Shown piece by piece: positions 48,839 to 57,853 of a DNA stretch of 64,000 nt (positions within the stretch are counted from its first letter, which is position 1; each line of letters opens with the position of its first letter). The stretch is from an uncultured Oscillospiraceae bacterium. GTDB taxonomy: Bacteria > Bacillota > Clostridia > Oscillospirales > Oscillospiraceae. The position numbers and the translations under genes were made by a program. The stretch is from the NCBI GenBank assembly GCA_964450645.1, contig CAYVEB010000005.1:178-64177 (forward strand), read 5' to 3'. The notes beneath the pieces are model-generated. The model had not been told where the DNA came from, made no database searches, and saw only the letters and a program-made list of their open reading frames with translations.

Positions 48839-49528
48839 TCAATCCATGATTTTATAGGGCCGGAACTTAAGCCAGTCCGCCGAGATCATGTGCAGCCGGA
48901 TCCCCTCGTACTCCCCCTGCACCGCTAGCTTGTGGCTGTCGCCGTGCAAGTGGCCGTAGTAGCAGTCCGACACGCCGTACTGCCGCAACAGTGCCATAAT
49001 CTCCGGGCAGGAATAGCCGCGGTAGTGGGGCGGATAGTGAAGAAAACACAGCTTGCGCCCGTCTCCCGCCGCTTTGAGGGACGTCTCTAGGCGCATCAGC
49101 TCCCGGCGGAACACCTTGCCGTCGTGCTGCGTGTGCTTTTCCTCCTCAAAGAACCAGCCGCGGGTCCCGCACAGGGGGACGCCATTGTAAAAATAACAGT
49201 TGTTGTTGAGAATCCACAGGTTTTCCAGTCCGTTTTCCCGGCAGAACTTATAAAACTTCGCCGCCGTGGACCACCAATAATCATGGTTCCCCTTGAGAAT
49301 GATCTTCCTGCCGGGAATCGTATTGAGAAACGCAAAATCCTCCCTGGCGCGGTTCAGATCCATCGCCCAGGACAGATCCCCGGCGAGCACAGTGGTGTCC
49401 TCCGGCCCGATCACGGACAGGCCCTCGCGCAGCTTCTCAACATAGCCTTGCCACGCGCCGCCAAACACATCCATCGGCTTCGCCGCTCCAAACGACAAAT
49501 GCAGATCTCCGATTGCATAAAGTGCCAT
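48839..49528 (-). CDS. Metallophosphoesterase (calcineurin-like)
   Basis: GDLH, GDL(S) and GNHD motifs (YAIGDLHLSF, LAGDLSWA, LKGNHDYWW). Confidence 0.85.
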   Translation of the reverse strand: MALYAIGDLHLSFGAAKPMDVFGGAWQGYVEKLREGLSVIGPEDTTVLAGDLSWAMDLNRAREDFAFLNTIPGRKIILKGNHDYWWSTAAKFYKFCRENGLENLWILNNNCYFYNGVPLCGTRGWFFEEEKHTQHDGKVFRRELMRLETSLKAAGDGRKLCFLHYPPHYRGYSCPEIMALLRQYGVSDCYYGHLHGDSHKLAVQGEYEGIRLHMISADWLKFRPYKIMD

Positions 49529-49531
49529 GGT

Positions 49532-50101
49532 TCAATACTCCAAAAATCGTTTTCTGGAACCGGCAATCACCTGTTCCAAATCCTCCCGAATCCCCAGAAT
49601 CCGGGAGATCCGCTCCGCCGCGCGCAAGGGGCTTTCAGTCGCCAAAATCACAGTGGGCGTCGCTTCTCCCAGCGCAGCGCGGTGGCATTGCAGCGCGTAG
49701 TAGGCCGCCGCAGCCGCCGGGTGCAGAATATAATCCGCGTCGCGGTAGACGTTGCGCATGAATCGCTCTGTCTGCTCCGGGCTGACCGGCACGCAGACCA
49801 GCCGTTCCTCCCGCCACGGAAGAGACCGGAGCGGACATATGATATAGTGAATCGGCGCGCCGTTTTTTCTCGCCTGAATCGCGGCCGAGACCCACAAAGA
49901 CGTGGGCGCCGCCACGTTGATCGACTGGCCCGCCGGATGCAACCCCTCCGACGCAAGACCCTCCAGAACCCGGTCAATTACCGCCAGATACCCGCCGGGG
50001 ATTTCGCTGCCGGTCAGATCTTCCGCGCTGCCGGTCTTGCCCCACAGCTCGGCGACATGGGTTTTATGGTGCAAAGATACAATTGTAATCTCACCGCTCA
50101 T
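49532..50101 (-). CDS. Miniature threonine-synthase-like protein (C-terminal half only, no PLP-lysine motif)
   Basis: 189 aa. VSPEQTERFMRNVYRDADYILHPAAAAAYYAL...TVILATESPLRAAERISRILG parallels E. coli ThrC VDDETTQQTMRELKELGYTSEPHAAVAYRAL...GLFLGTAHPAKFKESVEAILG, as recalled from memory. ELWGKTGSAEDL aligns with ELFHGPTLAFKD, with the Lys replaced. ATGA overlap with the upstream dipeptidase gene. Confidence 0.55.
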   Translation of the reverse strand: MSGEITIVSLHHKTHVAELWGKTGSAEDLTGSEIPGGYLAVIDRVLEGLASEGLHPAGQSINVAAPTSLWVSAAIQARKNGAPIHYIICPLRSLPWREERLVCVPVSPEQTERFMRNVYRDADYILHPAAAAAYYALQCHRAALGEATPTVILATESPLRAAERISRILGIREDLEQVIAGSRKRFLEY

Positions 50102-51054
50102 TTTTCACACCGCCTGAGTACCCGCAAAATATTTTTGTAAAACAGCTTTTCCACGGTCTGCGCCGCATACTTCGTCAGCAAAATGTCCTCCAGGGCGCGG
50201 TAATCCCCCACGTCCGCAAAGCCCTCCGGCAGCCGGTCGCACCCGTCCAAGTCGCCGCCCAGGGCGATATGGTCTTCCCCGCCCAGGGACAGGAAATGGT
50301 CGATATGGGCGTAAACGTCGTCCAGCGTGGCATGTTCGCCCCGCAGAAACTCCGCGTAGAGATTGACTCCTGCCACGCCTCCGGCGGCGCACAGCTGCCG
50401 GTACATCTCGTCGGTCAAATTCCGGCTGTGGTTGCAGATTGCGCGGCTGTTGGAGTGGCTGGCCACAATGGGCGCCTGAGTTATGTCCAAAATGTCCCAA
50501 TAAGTCCTGTCGGAACAGTGACTGACGTCGATCAGGATTCCCAACCGCTGCGCGCGGCGGACAAACTCTCGCCCCTGACGGCTCAAGCCCTGGTCGCCGC
50601 CGTGATACCCGGCCAACACGTTGTCCGCGTTCCACGTCAAGGTCGTCATCCGCACGCCGTCCGCGTACAGCTGCTCCAGGCGTCCGGGATCGCAGCCAAT
50701 CCCCTCCGCGCCCTCCAGGGAATACAGCGCCGCCGCCTTTTGCGCCCGCCAGGCCGCTTCCACCTGGTCGGCCGTGGTGCAGAAGGCGACGCGGTCGGCG
50801 GTCTGGCGCAGCTGCGCGTCCATATAGGCCCGTGGCAGATCGTAGAGCTGCTCGGGCGTGAAAGCGTTTAAGGCGCCTCCGGCAAAGGGACAATAGGCAA
50901 AAAATTGGGCGTAATGCGCCAGGCCGCCGGCGTGCTCCAGGCTAACGTGCCCACGGTTATGTACAAGCGACGCCTTCGCGGCCCACAGCGCAATCGGCGT
51001 GTCCGCATGGCAGTCAAATACAGGAATCGGCATCAATCGGCTCCTTTTCTTCAA
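50098..51054 (-). CDS. Membrane dipeptidase (peptidase family M19)
   Basis: PVFDCHADTP N-terminal metal motif, and HSNSRAICNHSRNLTDE and IALGGDLDG motifs. Confidence 0.88.
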   Translation of the reverse strand: MKKRSRLMPIPVFDCHADTPIALWAAKASLVHNRGHVSLEHAGGLAHYAQFFAYCPFAGGALNAFTPEQLYDLPRAYMDAQLRQTADRVAFCTTADQVEAAWRAQKAAALYSLEGAEGIGCDPGRLEQLYADGVRMTTLTWNADNVLAGYHGGDQGLSRQGREFVRRAQRLGILIDVSHCSDRTYWDILDITQAPIVASHSNSRAICNHSRNLTDEMYRQLCAAGGVAGVNLYAEFLRGEHATLDDVYAHIDHFLSLGGEDHIALGGDLDGCDRLPEGFADVGDYRALEDILLTKYAAQTVEKLFYKNILRVLRRCEK

Positions 51055-51419
51055 GTCCCAAAGGCATTTTCAATATGTCGGATCCGCGGCCGTCTGGTGG
51101 CCGGACCATCGGGGGCGTAGACCTCGATCACATCAAAACGGGGCTGCAGTGCGGTCTCATGCTGGCTTAAATACAGCCGAGCCGCCGCGATCAGCCGCTG
51201 CTGCTTGCGGGAATCCACAAATTCCGCCGCGCTGGCGAACCGGTCGTCCTTGCGGGTCTTGACCTCCACAAATACCAGATACCGCAGATCCTCGGCAATC
51301 AGGTCGATCTCTCCCAGGCGGCAGCGATAGTTGCTCTCCAGGATGCGGTAGCGTTTTCTCCGCAGATAATTCGCCGCCACCGCCTCGCCCCATCTGCCGG
51401 ACAAATTAGGATTGTTCAT
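51051..51419 (-). CDS. yraN: YraN family (UPF0102) endonuclease-like protein
   Basis: GEAVAANYLRRKRYRILESNYRCRLGEIDLIA...VFVEVKTR signature. Confidence 0.9.
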   Translation of the reverse strand: MNNPNLSGRWGEAVAANYLRRKRYRILESNYRCRLGEIDLIAEDLRYLVFVEVKTRKDDRFASAAEFVDSRKQQRLIAAARLYLSQHETALQPRFDVIEVYAPDGPATRRPRIRHIENAFGT

Positions 51420-52023
51420 AAAATTTCCTCAGAAACGTCATGCGGTGAATCGGGCACGGCCCGTATTCCCGCAGGGCTGCGTAGTGCGCCTTCGTACCGT
51501 AGCCCTTGTGGACGGCAAAGCCATACAGAGGATATTCCCGGTCAAGCGCTTCCATCAGCTGGTCCCGCGTCACCTTGGCCAGAATCGAGGCCGCCGCGAT
51601 GTTTGCCGAAAGCGAGTCGCCTTTGACCACAGTCTCCGCCCGCACCGGCAGCGCCGGATCCCGGTTCCCGTCCACCAAAACCAGCGCCGGCCGCACACAC
51701 AGCTGTGCAGCCGCTCGCCGCATTGCCAAAAATGTGGCCTGCAGGATGTTGATCGCGTCAATGGTCTTTTCATCCACCAGCGCCACGCCATAGGCCACCG
51801 CTTTTTGCACAATCTGATCGTACAGGACGCGCCGCTTTTTGTCGGAAAGTCTTTTGGAATCGTCCAAGCCGTCGATTTCCAGGCCCTCCGGCAAGATGAC
51901 CGCCGCCGCGCACACAGGCCCCGCCAGGGGGCCGCGTCCGGCCTCGTCTATCCCCGCGATCGGGCCTACACCCCGGGCAAAATAGCCGCGCTCGATTTGC
52001 CACAGGTCTTTGACTTCTCTCAT
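51406..52023 (-). CDS. rnhB: Ribonuclease HII
   Basis: GIDEAGRGPLAGPV and DSKRLS motifs. Confidence 0.95.
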   Translation of the reverse strand: MREVKDLWQIERGYFARGVGPIAGIDEAGRGPLAGPVCAAAVILPEGLEIDGLDDSKRLSDKKRRVLYDQIVQKAVAYGVALVDEKTIDAINILQATFLAMRRAAAQLCVRPALVLVDGNRDPALPVRAETVVKGDSLSANIAAASILAKVTRDQLMEALDREYPLYGFAVHKGYGTKAHYAALREYGPCPIHRMTFLRKFYEQS

Positions 52024-52892
52024 TGCGCCGCCTCGACCTCCGGACCTTCCAGCGTGATCCGGCCCAGCTTTCCGCTACGGTATTCATCTAATAGCACCCG
52101 CGCCATCCGCTCGGTGTTGATCTCGCCCCGGGCAAGCAAAAACCCGCGCTTCCTTCCGCATTCCTCCAAAAGCTGCCAGCCCGGCGCGTCAGCTTCCGCG
52201 TTGATCCCGTAGCGCTGCCGGACATTGTCCGGATACCGCCGCCACAAAGTCTCCAGCAGCGCGGCCGCCAGCGTCTCCACATCCAGCACGTCGTCCTTGA
52301 CCGCGCCGGTGAACGCCAGCTTCATCCCGACCGACCGGTCGGCAAACCGGGGCCACAGAATCCCCGGCGTATCCAAAAGCAGCAGCCCCTGGTCTACGTT
52401 GACCCACTGTTTGCCGCGCGTGACGCCGGGCCGATCCTCTGCTTTGGCGTTTCTGCGGCCGGACACCTGGTTGATCAATGTGGACTTTCCCACATTGGGG
52501 ATGCCGACGATCATCAGCTTTAACGCCCGGCCCGTCTGCCCCTTGCGCGCATAGAGGGCTAGCTTCTCCGCAAGCAGTGCGCGCACCGCCGGCCGGAAAC
52601 TGTTAAGCCCCTTTCGGCTCTTGCAGTCCGTCTGTAGCACCGCCAGGCCCTGGCGCTGAAAATGCTCCGCCCAACGCTGGGTTTCGGCGGGATCCGCCAT
52701 ATCCACACGGTTGAGGATGACTAGGCGCGGTTTCTTGCCGCAAATCGCGGCGATATCCGGATTCCGGCTGGAATACGGGATCCTGGCGTCCAGCAACTCA
52801 CAGACCGCGTCCACCAGCTTTAAATCCGTCTCGATATTCCGCCTGGTTTTGGTCATGTGCCCCTGGTACCACTGAATGTTCAGTTCAGTCAT
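52020..52892 (-). CDS. rbgA: Ribosome biogenesis GTPase A (YlqF/RbgA)
   Basis: IQWYQGHMTKT N-terminus and circularly permuted GTPase motifs (NRVD, GIPNVGKSTLIN, DTPG). The start is taken as the ATG at 52892, not the ORF-track 53018. Confidence 0.92.
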   Translation of the reverse strand: MTELNIQWYQGHMTKTRRNIETDLKLVDAVCELLDARIPYSSRNPDIAAICGKKPRLVILNRVDMADPAETQRWAEHFQRQGLAVLQTDCKSRKGLNSFRPAVRALLAEKLALYARKGQTGRALKLMIVGIPNVGKSTLINQVSGRRNAKAEDRPGVTRGKQWVNVDQGLLLLDTPGILWPRFADRSVGMKLAFTGAVKDDVLDVETLAAALLETLWRRYPDNVRQRYGINAEADAPGWQLLEECGRKRGFLLARGEINTERMARVLLDEYRSGKLGRITLEGPEVEAAQ

Positions 52893-53532
52893 CCGCGTAT
52901 AACGATCCAAAGCGTCCAAAGTCGCGCGTGCCGCCGCTATAGCCGGTATTCTCATTCCCGCCCGGCAAAAGAATCCACAGGGCCTTCCCCAGAACATAGC
53001 GTTCGTCCACGCAGCCAAAATAACGGCTGTCGGTCGAGTGATTGCGGTTGTCGCCCATTAAGAACAGTTGCCCCTCGGGTACCTCGATATGCAAATCGTT
53101 ATAGCGACCGCTGACCATCATCTCGCGGATATACGGCTCTGAGAGCGCTACGCCGTCAACGCTGACGCTGCCCCCGGCGGCGTCATACACAATATCCACC
53201 GTCTGGCCGCCCGTCGCGACAACCCGCTTGACCACCGGTTCCCCATTCTCGAAGCTGGGGACGCAGGCCACCACAATATCCCCCCGGGCGTAGCTTCCCT
53301 TTGTCAAGCCGCTTTGCAGCAGCAAATAGTCGTTGTTGTGGAGCGTGGGAAACATGGAGTCGCCATTGACCCCCACCAGGCGCAGGCAAAACATAAACAC
53401 AATGGTCACCACCGCCAACACATATACCATATCGTGCAGCAGCTGATAGAATTCATAGAGCCGATCCTTCGGTTTCGCCGCCTTCGGCGCGCCGTCCTCC
53501 CGCAAAGCGCCGTTTTCTTCTTTGTCTTCCAA
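52885..53532 (-). CDS. lepB: Signal peptidase I
   Basis: GDSMFPTL (catalytic Ser), VKRVVATGG and GDNRNHSTDSR boxes. A TTG start at 53532 lies 7 nt after AGGAGG. The upstream part of the track ORF looks non-coding. Confidence 0.9.
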   Translation of the reverse strand: MEDKEENGALREDGAPKAAKPKDRLYEFYQLLHDMVYVLAVVTIVFMFCLRLVGVNGDSMFPTLHNNDYLLLQSGLTKGSYARGDIVVACVPSFENGEPVVKRVVATGGQTVDIVYDAAGGSVSVDGVALSEPYIREMMVSGRYNDLHIEVPEGQLFLMGDNRNHSTDSRYFGCVDERYVLGKALWILLPGGNENTGYSGGTRDFGRFGSLYADD

Positions 53533-53732
53533 ATGTCTCCCTCCTGATATCCCGATTTTTCCACTTTTTATTATACACGAATTCGTCCCGATAAAAAGCG
53601 AAAAGTTCCGACCTTTCGCAAATCTCCTCCTACCGAGCGGCCAGTTACAGCCCACTCAGTAGGACAAGAGCCTCCCTTTTCAGCGCATAAATAAAAAAAG
53701 AGGGTTTCCCCCCCTTTTTTATGAGCCTTGTC

Positions 53733-54074
53733 CTATACTCTCTCCTTGACCTTTGCAGCCTTGCCCATACGGTCACGCAGATAGTACAGCTTGGCACGGC
53801 GAACCTTGCCACGGCGGATAGTTTCCACCTTGACGATACTGGGGGAATGCACGGGAAATACCTTTTCGCAGCCCACGCCATAGCTGATGCGGCGAACGGT
53901 AATGGTCTCCTCGATGCCGCCGTGCTTCCGGGCAATAATGGTGCCTTCAAACACCTGAACTCTTTCCCGGGCGCCTTCTTTGATTTTCACATGAACACGA
54001 ACCGTATCGCCCACGTTCATCTGGGGCAGTTCTTCCTTCATGTATTGGCTCGTCAAAGCCTTTACCAGATCCAT
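53733..54074 (-). CDS. rplS: 50S ribosomal protein L19
   Basis: 113 aa: [33 protein letters not shown]...RRAKLYYLR. Confidence 0.97.
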   Translation of the reverse strand: MDLVKALTSQYMKEELPQMNVGDTVRVHVKIKEGARERVQVFEGTIIARKHGGIEETITVRRISYGVGCEKVFPVHSPSIVKVETIRRGKVRRAKLYYLRDRMGKAAKVKERV

Positions 54075-54174
54075 AATGTGTCCTCCTTCTAAATTGGGGC
54101 GTTCATGCCGCTAGAACTCCAGGCTCTCAAACCCCGGCTACGGCAGAGGACCACCCGATTTCACAGACTTGTTT

Positions 54175-54203
54175 ACTTTACCATATTTTGCTCCAAAAAT
54201 CAA
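54175..54203 (-). promoter_or_regulatory. Sigma-A-type promoter for rplS
   Basis: On the minus strand: TTGATT (54203-54198), a 17-nt spacer and TAAAGT (54180-54175). This leaves a leader of about 90 nt. Confidence 0.55.
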
Positions 54204-54278
54204 GTCTTTTTTCAAAGGATTCTTTTCGGATAAAATTCTGCCGAAAGATTTCCCCGAAACGCCGCGTTTTGCTTCTAT

Positions 54279-54318
54279 TTAACAAAAATTTAACAATTAT
54301 ACCCCATAAAATTTAACA
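54279..54318 (+). promoter_or_regulatory. PhoP-type Pho box array (TTAACA direct repeats at about 11-bp phasing)
   Basis: TTAACA (54279-84), 5 nt, TTAACA (54290-95), 5 nt, ACCCCA, 6 nt, TTAACA (54313-18). A TAAAAT -10 candidate lies at 54342-47. The array is directly upstream of a Na/Pi-PhoU gene. Confidence 0.6.
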
Positions 54319-54359
54319 TTTCTTCTCTATGCTTGTTCTGATAAAATTTGTAAAGGAGC

Positions 54360-56135
54360 GTGGAGATTCTGGAGGTTTCGACGATTACCAGTGTAATCTC
54401 TCTGCTTAGTGGCATCGCCCTGTTTTTATTTGGTATTTCCCTCATGGGCGACGGGTTAAAAAAGGTCGCGGGCAGCAAATTGGAGGTTATTCTCTATAAA
54501 CTCTCTGGAACGCCCTTTCGCGGCGTTCTGCTCGGCGCGGGCGTAACCGCTGTGATTCAATCCTCTTCCGCTACTTCCGTTATGGTGGTTGGCTTCGTCA
54601 ACTCTGGCATGATGAAAGTCAAGCAAGCGGTGGGGGTTATTTTGGGTGCCATCCTCGGCACCAGCGTCACCGGCTGGATTATCTGCCTGAGTTACATCGG
54701 CGGCAGCGCGAACGGCTGGGTGGAATTGCTCTCCACCAGTACGCTGACCGGCATCATCGCCGTGACGGGAATTATTCTGCGGATGTTCTGCAAGGCGCAG
54801 ATCAAGCAGCGCGTCGGTGATATCCTCATGGGCTTTGCCGTCTTGATGTTTGGAATGCAGGAGATGAGTTCCTCCGTGGGCTTTTTGCGGGAAAGCGAAG
54901 CTTTTTTAAATCTGCTCACTGCTTTTTCCAATCCTTTTTTGGGCATCTTGGTCGGAATCGCCTTTACCAGCATACTGCAAAGCGCATCAGCGGCTGTCGG
55001 TATCTTGCAGGCGCTTTCCTCCACCGGAGCGATTCAGTTTTCCGTGGCGCTGCCCATCATCATGGGTATTGCTATCGGCGCGGCTGTACCGGTGCTGCTG
55101 TCGGCCCTGGGCGCGAATGTGAGCGGAAAACGCACGTCGCTGATTTATTTGGCCGTCAATGTTCTGGGCGTGTTGATTTGGGCGATTGTGTTTTATGGCT
55201 CCAACGCCGTCTTCCATTATGGATTTGTGAACGCGGTCATGAACCCGGTGCGGATCGCGTTTGTAAATACCCTGTTCCGGCTCGCGGTGGTGCTTTCTCT
55301 GCTGCCGTTTACGCAGTGGATTGAAAAACTGGTCGACGCCCTGATTAAGGACAAGTCCGCCGAAGCTGCGAAACCGGATATCATGCGGCTTGAAGAACGC
55401 TTCATCCAGCATCCGGCTCTGGCAATCGAGCAGAGCCGCTTAACCATCAACGACATGGCGCTGACAGCGGAGGAAAACTTGAAAGCCGCGTTTGCCATCT
55501 TGAAATCCTACTCGGAGAAGGGCTTTACAACTGTGAAGCAGCTGGAGCAGACTGTTGACCGCTATGAAGACGGCTTGGGTACTTATCTGGTGAAAATCAC
55601 CGGGCAGGATATGACGGTACAGCAGAGCGAAGAGGTCTCCAAGTTCCTCCACACGTTGTCTGACTTCGAGCGCATCTCCGACCACGCGTTGAACATCGGC
55701 GAGGCCGCCCAGGAGCTGAACCAAAAGAAGCTGCGCTTCTCCCCCGCCGCCTCCCATGAGCTGCAGGTAATCATCGAAGCGATTACGGATGTTGTGCATA
55801 TAACGATTGATTCCTTCGTCCGCAACGATCTGACCACGGCCGCGCGGGTCGAGCCACTGGAAGACCTGATCAACGTGCTGTGCGACGAGATGAAGCTGCA
55901 CCACATCGACCGGTTACAGCGCGGAGTGTGTACCCTGGCCCAGGGGTTCGTATTTAACGATCTGCTGACGAACTTTGAGCGAATTGCCGACCACTGCAGT
56001 AACATCGCCGTGGCGATGATTGAGCTGCAATCGGATTCGTTTGATACGCACGAATACCTTAACAGCCTAAAGGCAGTGCATGATCTTACCTTCTCCCGCT
56101 ATTATGAGGAGTACGCGAAAAAATACGTCTTGTAA
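54360..56135 (+). CDS. Na/Pi cotransporter family protein with C-terminal PhoU-like domains
   Basis: Motifs GIALFLFGISLMGDGLKK and TAVIQSSSATSVMVVGFV, both duplicated, and a C-terminal PhoU-like helical repeat. The start is uncertain because the GTG at 54360 is only about 1 nt from the AAGGAG SD. Confidence 0.88.
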   Translation: MEILEVSTITSVISLLSGIALFLFGISLMGDGLKKVAGSKLEVILYKLSGTPFRGVLLGAGVTAVIQSSSATSVMVVGFVNSGMMKVKQAVGVILGAILGTSVTGWIICLSYIGGSANGWVELLSTSTLTGIIAVTGIILRMFCKAQIKQRVGDILMGFAVLMFGMQEMSSSVGFLRESEAFLNLLTAFSNPFLGILVGIAFTSILQSASAAVGILQALSSTGAIQFSVALPIIMGIAIGAAVPVLLSALGANVSGKRTSLIYLAVNVLGVLIWAIVFYGSNAVFHYGFVNAVMNPVRIAFVNTLFRLAVVLSLLPFTQWIEKLVDALIKDKSAEAAKPDIMRLEERFIQHPALAIEQSRLTINDMALTAEENLKAAFAILKSYSEKGFTTVKQLEQTVDRYEDGLGTYLVKITGQDMTVQQSEEVSKFLHTLSDFERISDHALNIGEAAQELNQKKLRFSPAASHELQVIIEAITDVVHITIDSFVRNDLTTAARVEPLEDLINVLCDEMKLHHIDRLQRGVCTLAQGFVFNDLLTNFERIADHCSNIAVAMIELQSDSFDTHEYLNSLKAVHDLTFSRYYEEYAKKYVL

Positions 56136-56479
56136 AATTTCGTTCTTTGGCTGAGGCGGCAGACGGATATTTCAACTTTTATTTGATTTTATTTAAAAAA
56201 TAAGTGATTATCTCAAAAAGCCTTGATTTTACAGGCAGTTTCACAGGACAGCAGGCCAAATTTACTACCAGTTTCCTACGTTTAGAGAAAAGAGCCTTGA
56301 TATGCGCCCCGATTCCTGCGAAACACGAAGCCCAAAGACACAGCATATTCGCTTAGACCGAATACATGACAATTGAATATCGACCGCACAGGCAGCGTTT
56401 CTCAATCCCATACCGGGAGAAAAGGAACGCCGCTTTTTTATCCCTATATTACGCAGTAAGGGCAAAAAAGCCTTGATTT

Positions 56480-56591
56480 ATGCGGCTGTATTCTTTCTGA
56501 ATTTGGGAATAGGTTTTCCGGATTGATACAGCGATACAATTGTTTTCTTAAATTCTTCTGTGTACTTGGTAGGACTGTTCTTTGTGGGCAT
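56480..56591 (-). pseudogene. IS3-family OrfA N-terminal remnant
   Basis: GGGAGG SD then ATG at 56591. Translation gives MPTKNSPTKYTEEFKKTIVSLYQSGKP... (IS3 OrfA HTH N-terminus), ending in a stop after 37 codons. An alternative frame continues YSQIQKEYSRINQGF. Confidence 0.55.
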
Positions 56592-56880
56592 ATATGTTCC
56601 TCCCAATTTTCTTTTTTGTCTATTGGGCAAAACGCAAATTTATTTTATTCCATGAGGATAGCCTTTTCAACAAATTTTAAATGTCCAGCGCTGCCTGACA
56701 GAAGCCGGGCGCGACAATCTGGCGCGCTATATCGATCTGTTCAACTACGTGCGCAAATACGGGAAATCCTGGCGGTAACGCATTTCCTCAGTGCGCTGCT
56801 ACCCGCACGACTGTGAGCCGGATACCCCGCTGTACAAAATACTCTGAAGCGTGTCGGAACTTTGCGAATTTCTCCGCATA

Positions 56881-56919
56881 GGATGGATTGCGGGACGCCC
56901 GCGCGTCCTGCAATCCATC
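56881..56919 (+). other. 17-bp hairpin immediately upstream of the DUF11 gene SD
   Basis: GATGGATTGCGGGACGC pairs with GCGTCCTGCAATCCATC (one G-U pair). It is followed by TGCAAGGAGGAACGCATATG. Confidence 0.7.
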
Positions 56920-56936
56920 TGCAAGGAGGAACGCAT

Positions 56937-57785
56937 ATGGCTTCCTTTACCAACGTCGCCACGTTGTCTTATAACGGTACTACCGTGAACTCCAATCTCG
57001 TCACTGGCGAGATTCGCGAGACGCTAACCGTAACCAAGACCGCTCTGCAGCCGACTTACGGCGCGGATGACACCGTGACCTATATCGTCAACATTACGAA
57101 CTCCGGCATGAGCGCGCTGAACGCGCTGACCCTCTCGGATAACCTCGGCGCAATCACTGGGGCGACAACCACCTATCCTCTGACTCTCGTATCGGGCGCG
57201 GTCCGCTATTTTCTCAACGGCGTGCTTCAGCCGACGCCGACTGTAGCCTCTACCTCGCCGCTGCAAATCACGGGAATCTCCGTCCCCGCGGGCAACAGCG
57301 CCACGCTGATCTATGAGACGCGCGTAAACAACTTTGCGCCTCTGGCCACCGGCTCGACGATCGTCAACACCGTCACCGTCACCGGAGCGGGTGTGACGAG
57401 CGCGGTTGAGGCCACGGAGACCATCACCGTCCGCAACGAGGCGGTTCTGACGGTCTCCAAGGCGCTCTCCCCGATCGTCATTCCTGAGAATGGGCAAATC
57501 ACCTACACCTTCACGATTCAGAACTTTGGCAACACCGCGGCGGGTTCTGCCGAGGACGCTGTTCTGGCTGACGTTTTCTCTCCTGCTCTGACGATTCAGT
57601 CCGTCACGCTTGACGGCCAGGCACTGACCTCGCCAGACGGCTACTCCTATGAGCAGTCGACCGGCCAGTTCACCACAGTCAGCGGCAGCATCACCGTCCC
57701 CGCCGCCACCTTCACGCAAAACACTGCCGGGGACTACACCATCACGCCCGGCACTGCCGTTCTGACCATCACCGGCACGATTTAA
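56937..57785 (+). CDS. DUF11/TIGR01451-type conserved-repeat protein, two repeats, no signal peptide
   Basis: 282 aa. Starts MASFTNVATLSYNGTTVNSNLV. Two units of the type LTVTKTA...GDTVTYIVNITNSGMSALNALTLSDNL and LTVSKAL...GQITYTFTIQNFGNTAA...VLADVF. SD AAGGAGG is present. Confidence 0.75.
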   Translation: MASFTNVATLSYNGTTVNSNLVTGEIRETLTVTKTALQPTYGADDTVTYIVNITNSGMSALNALTLSDNLGAITGATTTYPLTLVSGAVRYFLNGVLQPTPTVASTSPLQITGISVPAGNSATLIYETRVNNFAPLATGSTIVNTVTVTGAGVTSAVEATETITVRNEAVLTVSKALSPIVIPENGQITYTFTIQNFGNTAAGSAEDAVLADVFSPALTIQSVTLDGQALTSPDGYSYEQSTGQFTTVSGSITVPAATFTQNTAGDYTITPGTAVLTITGTI

Positions 57786-57801
57786 GAAAACTATGCCCCG
57801 A

Positions 57802-57825
57802 GGCTTCCCCCTTTCGGGGGAAGCC
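57802..57825 (+). terminator. GC-rich hairpin after the DUF11 gene (10-bp stem, TTTC loop, no U-tract)
   Basis: GGCTTCCCCC tttc GGGGGAAGCC. Confidence 0.5.
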
Positions 57826-57853
57826 GGCAGCCTCCGTTTATGGCGGGCGCTGC

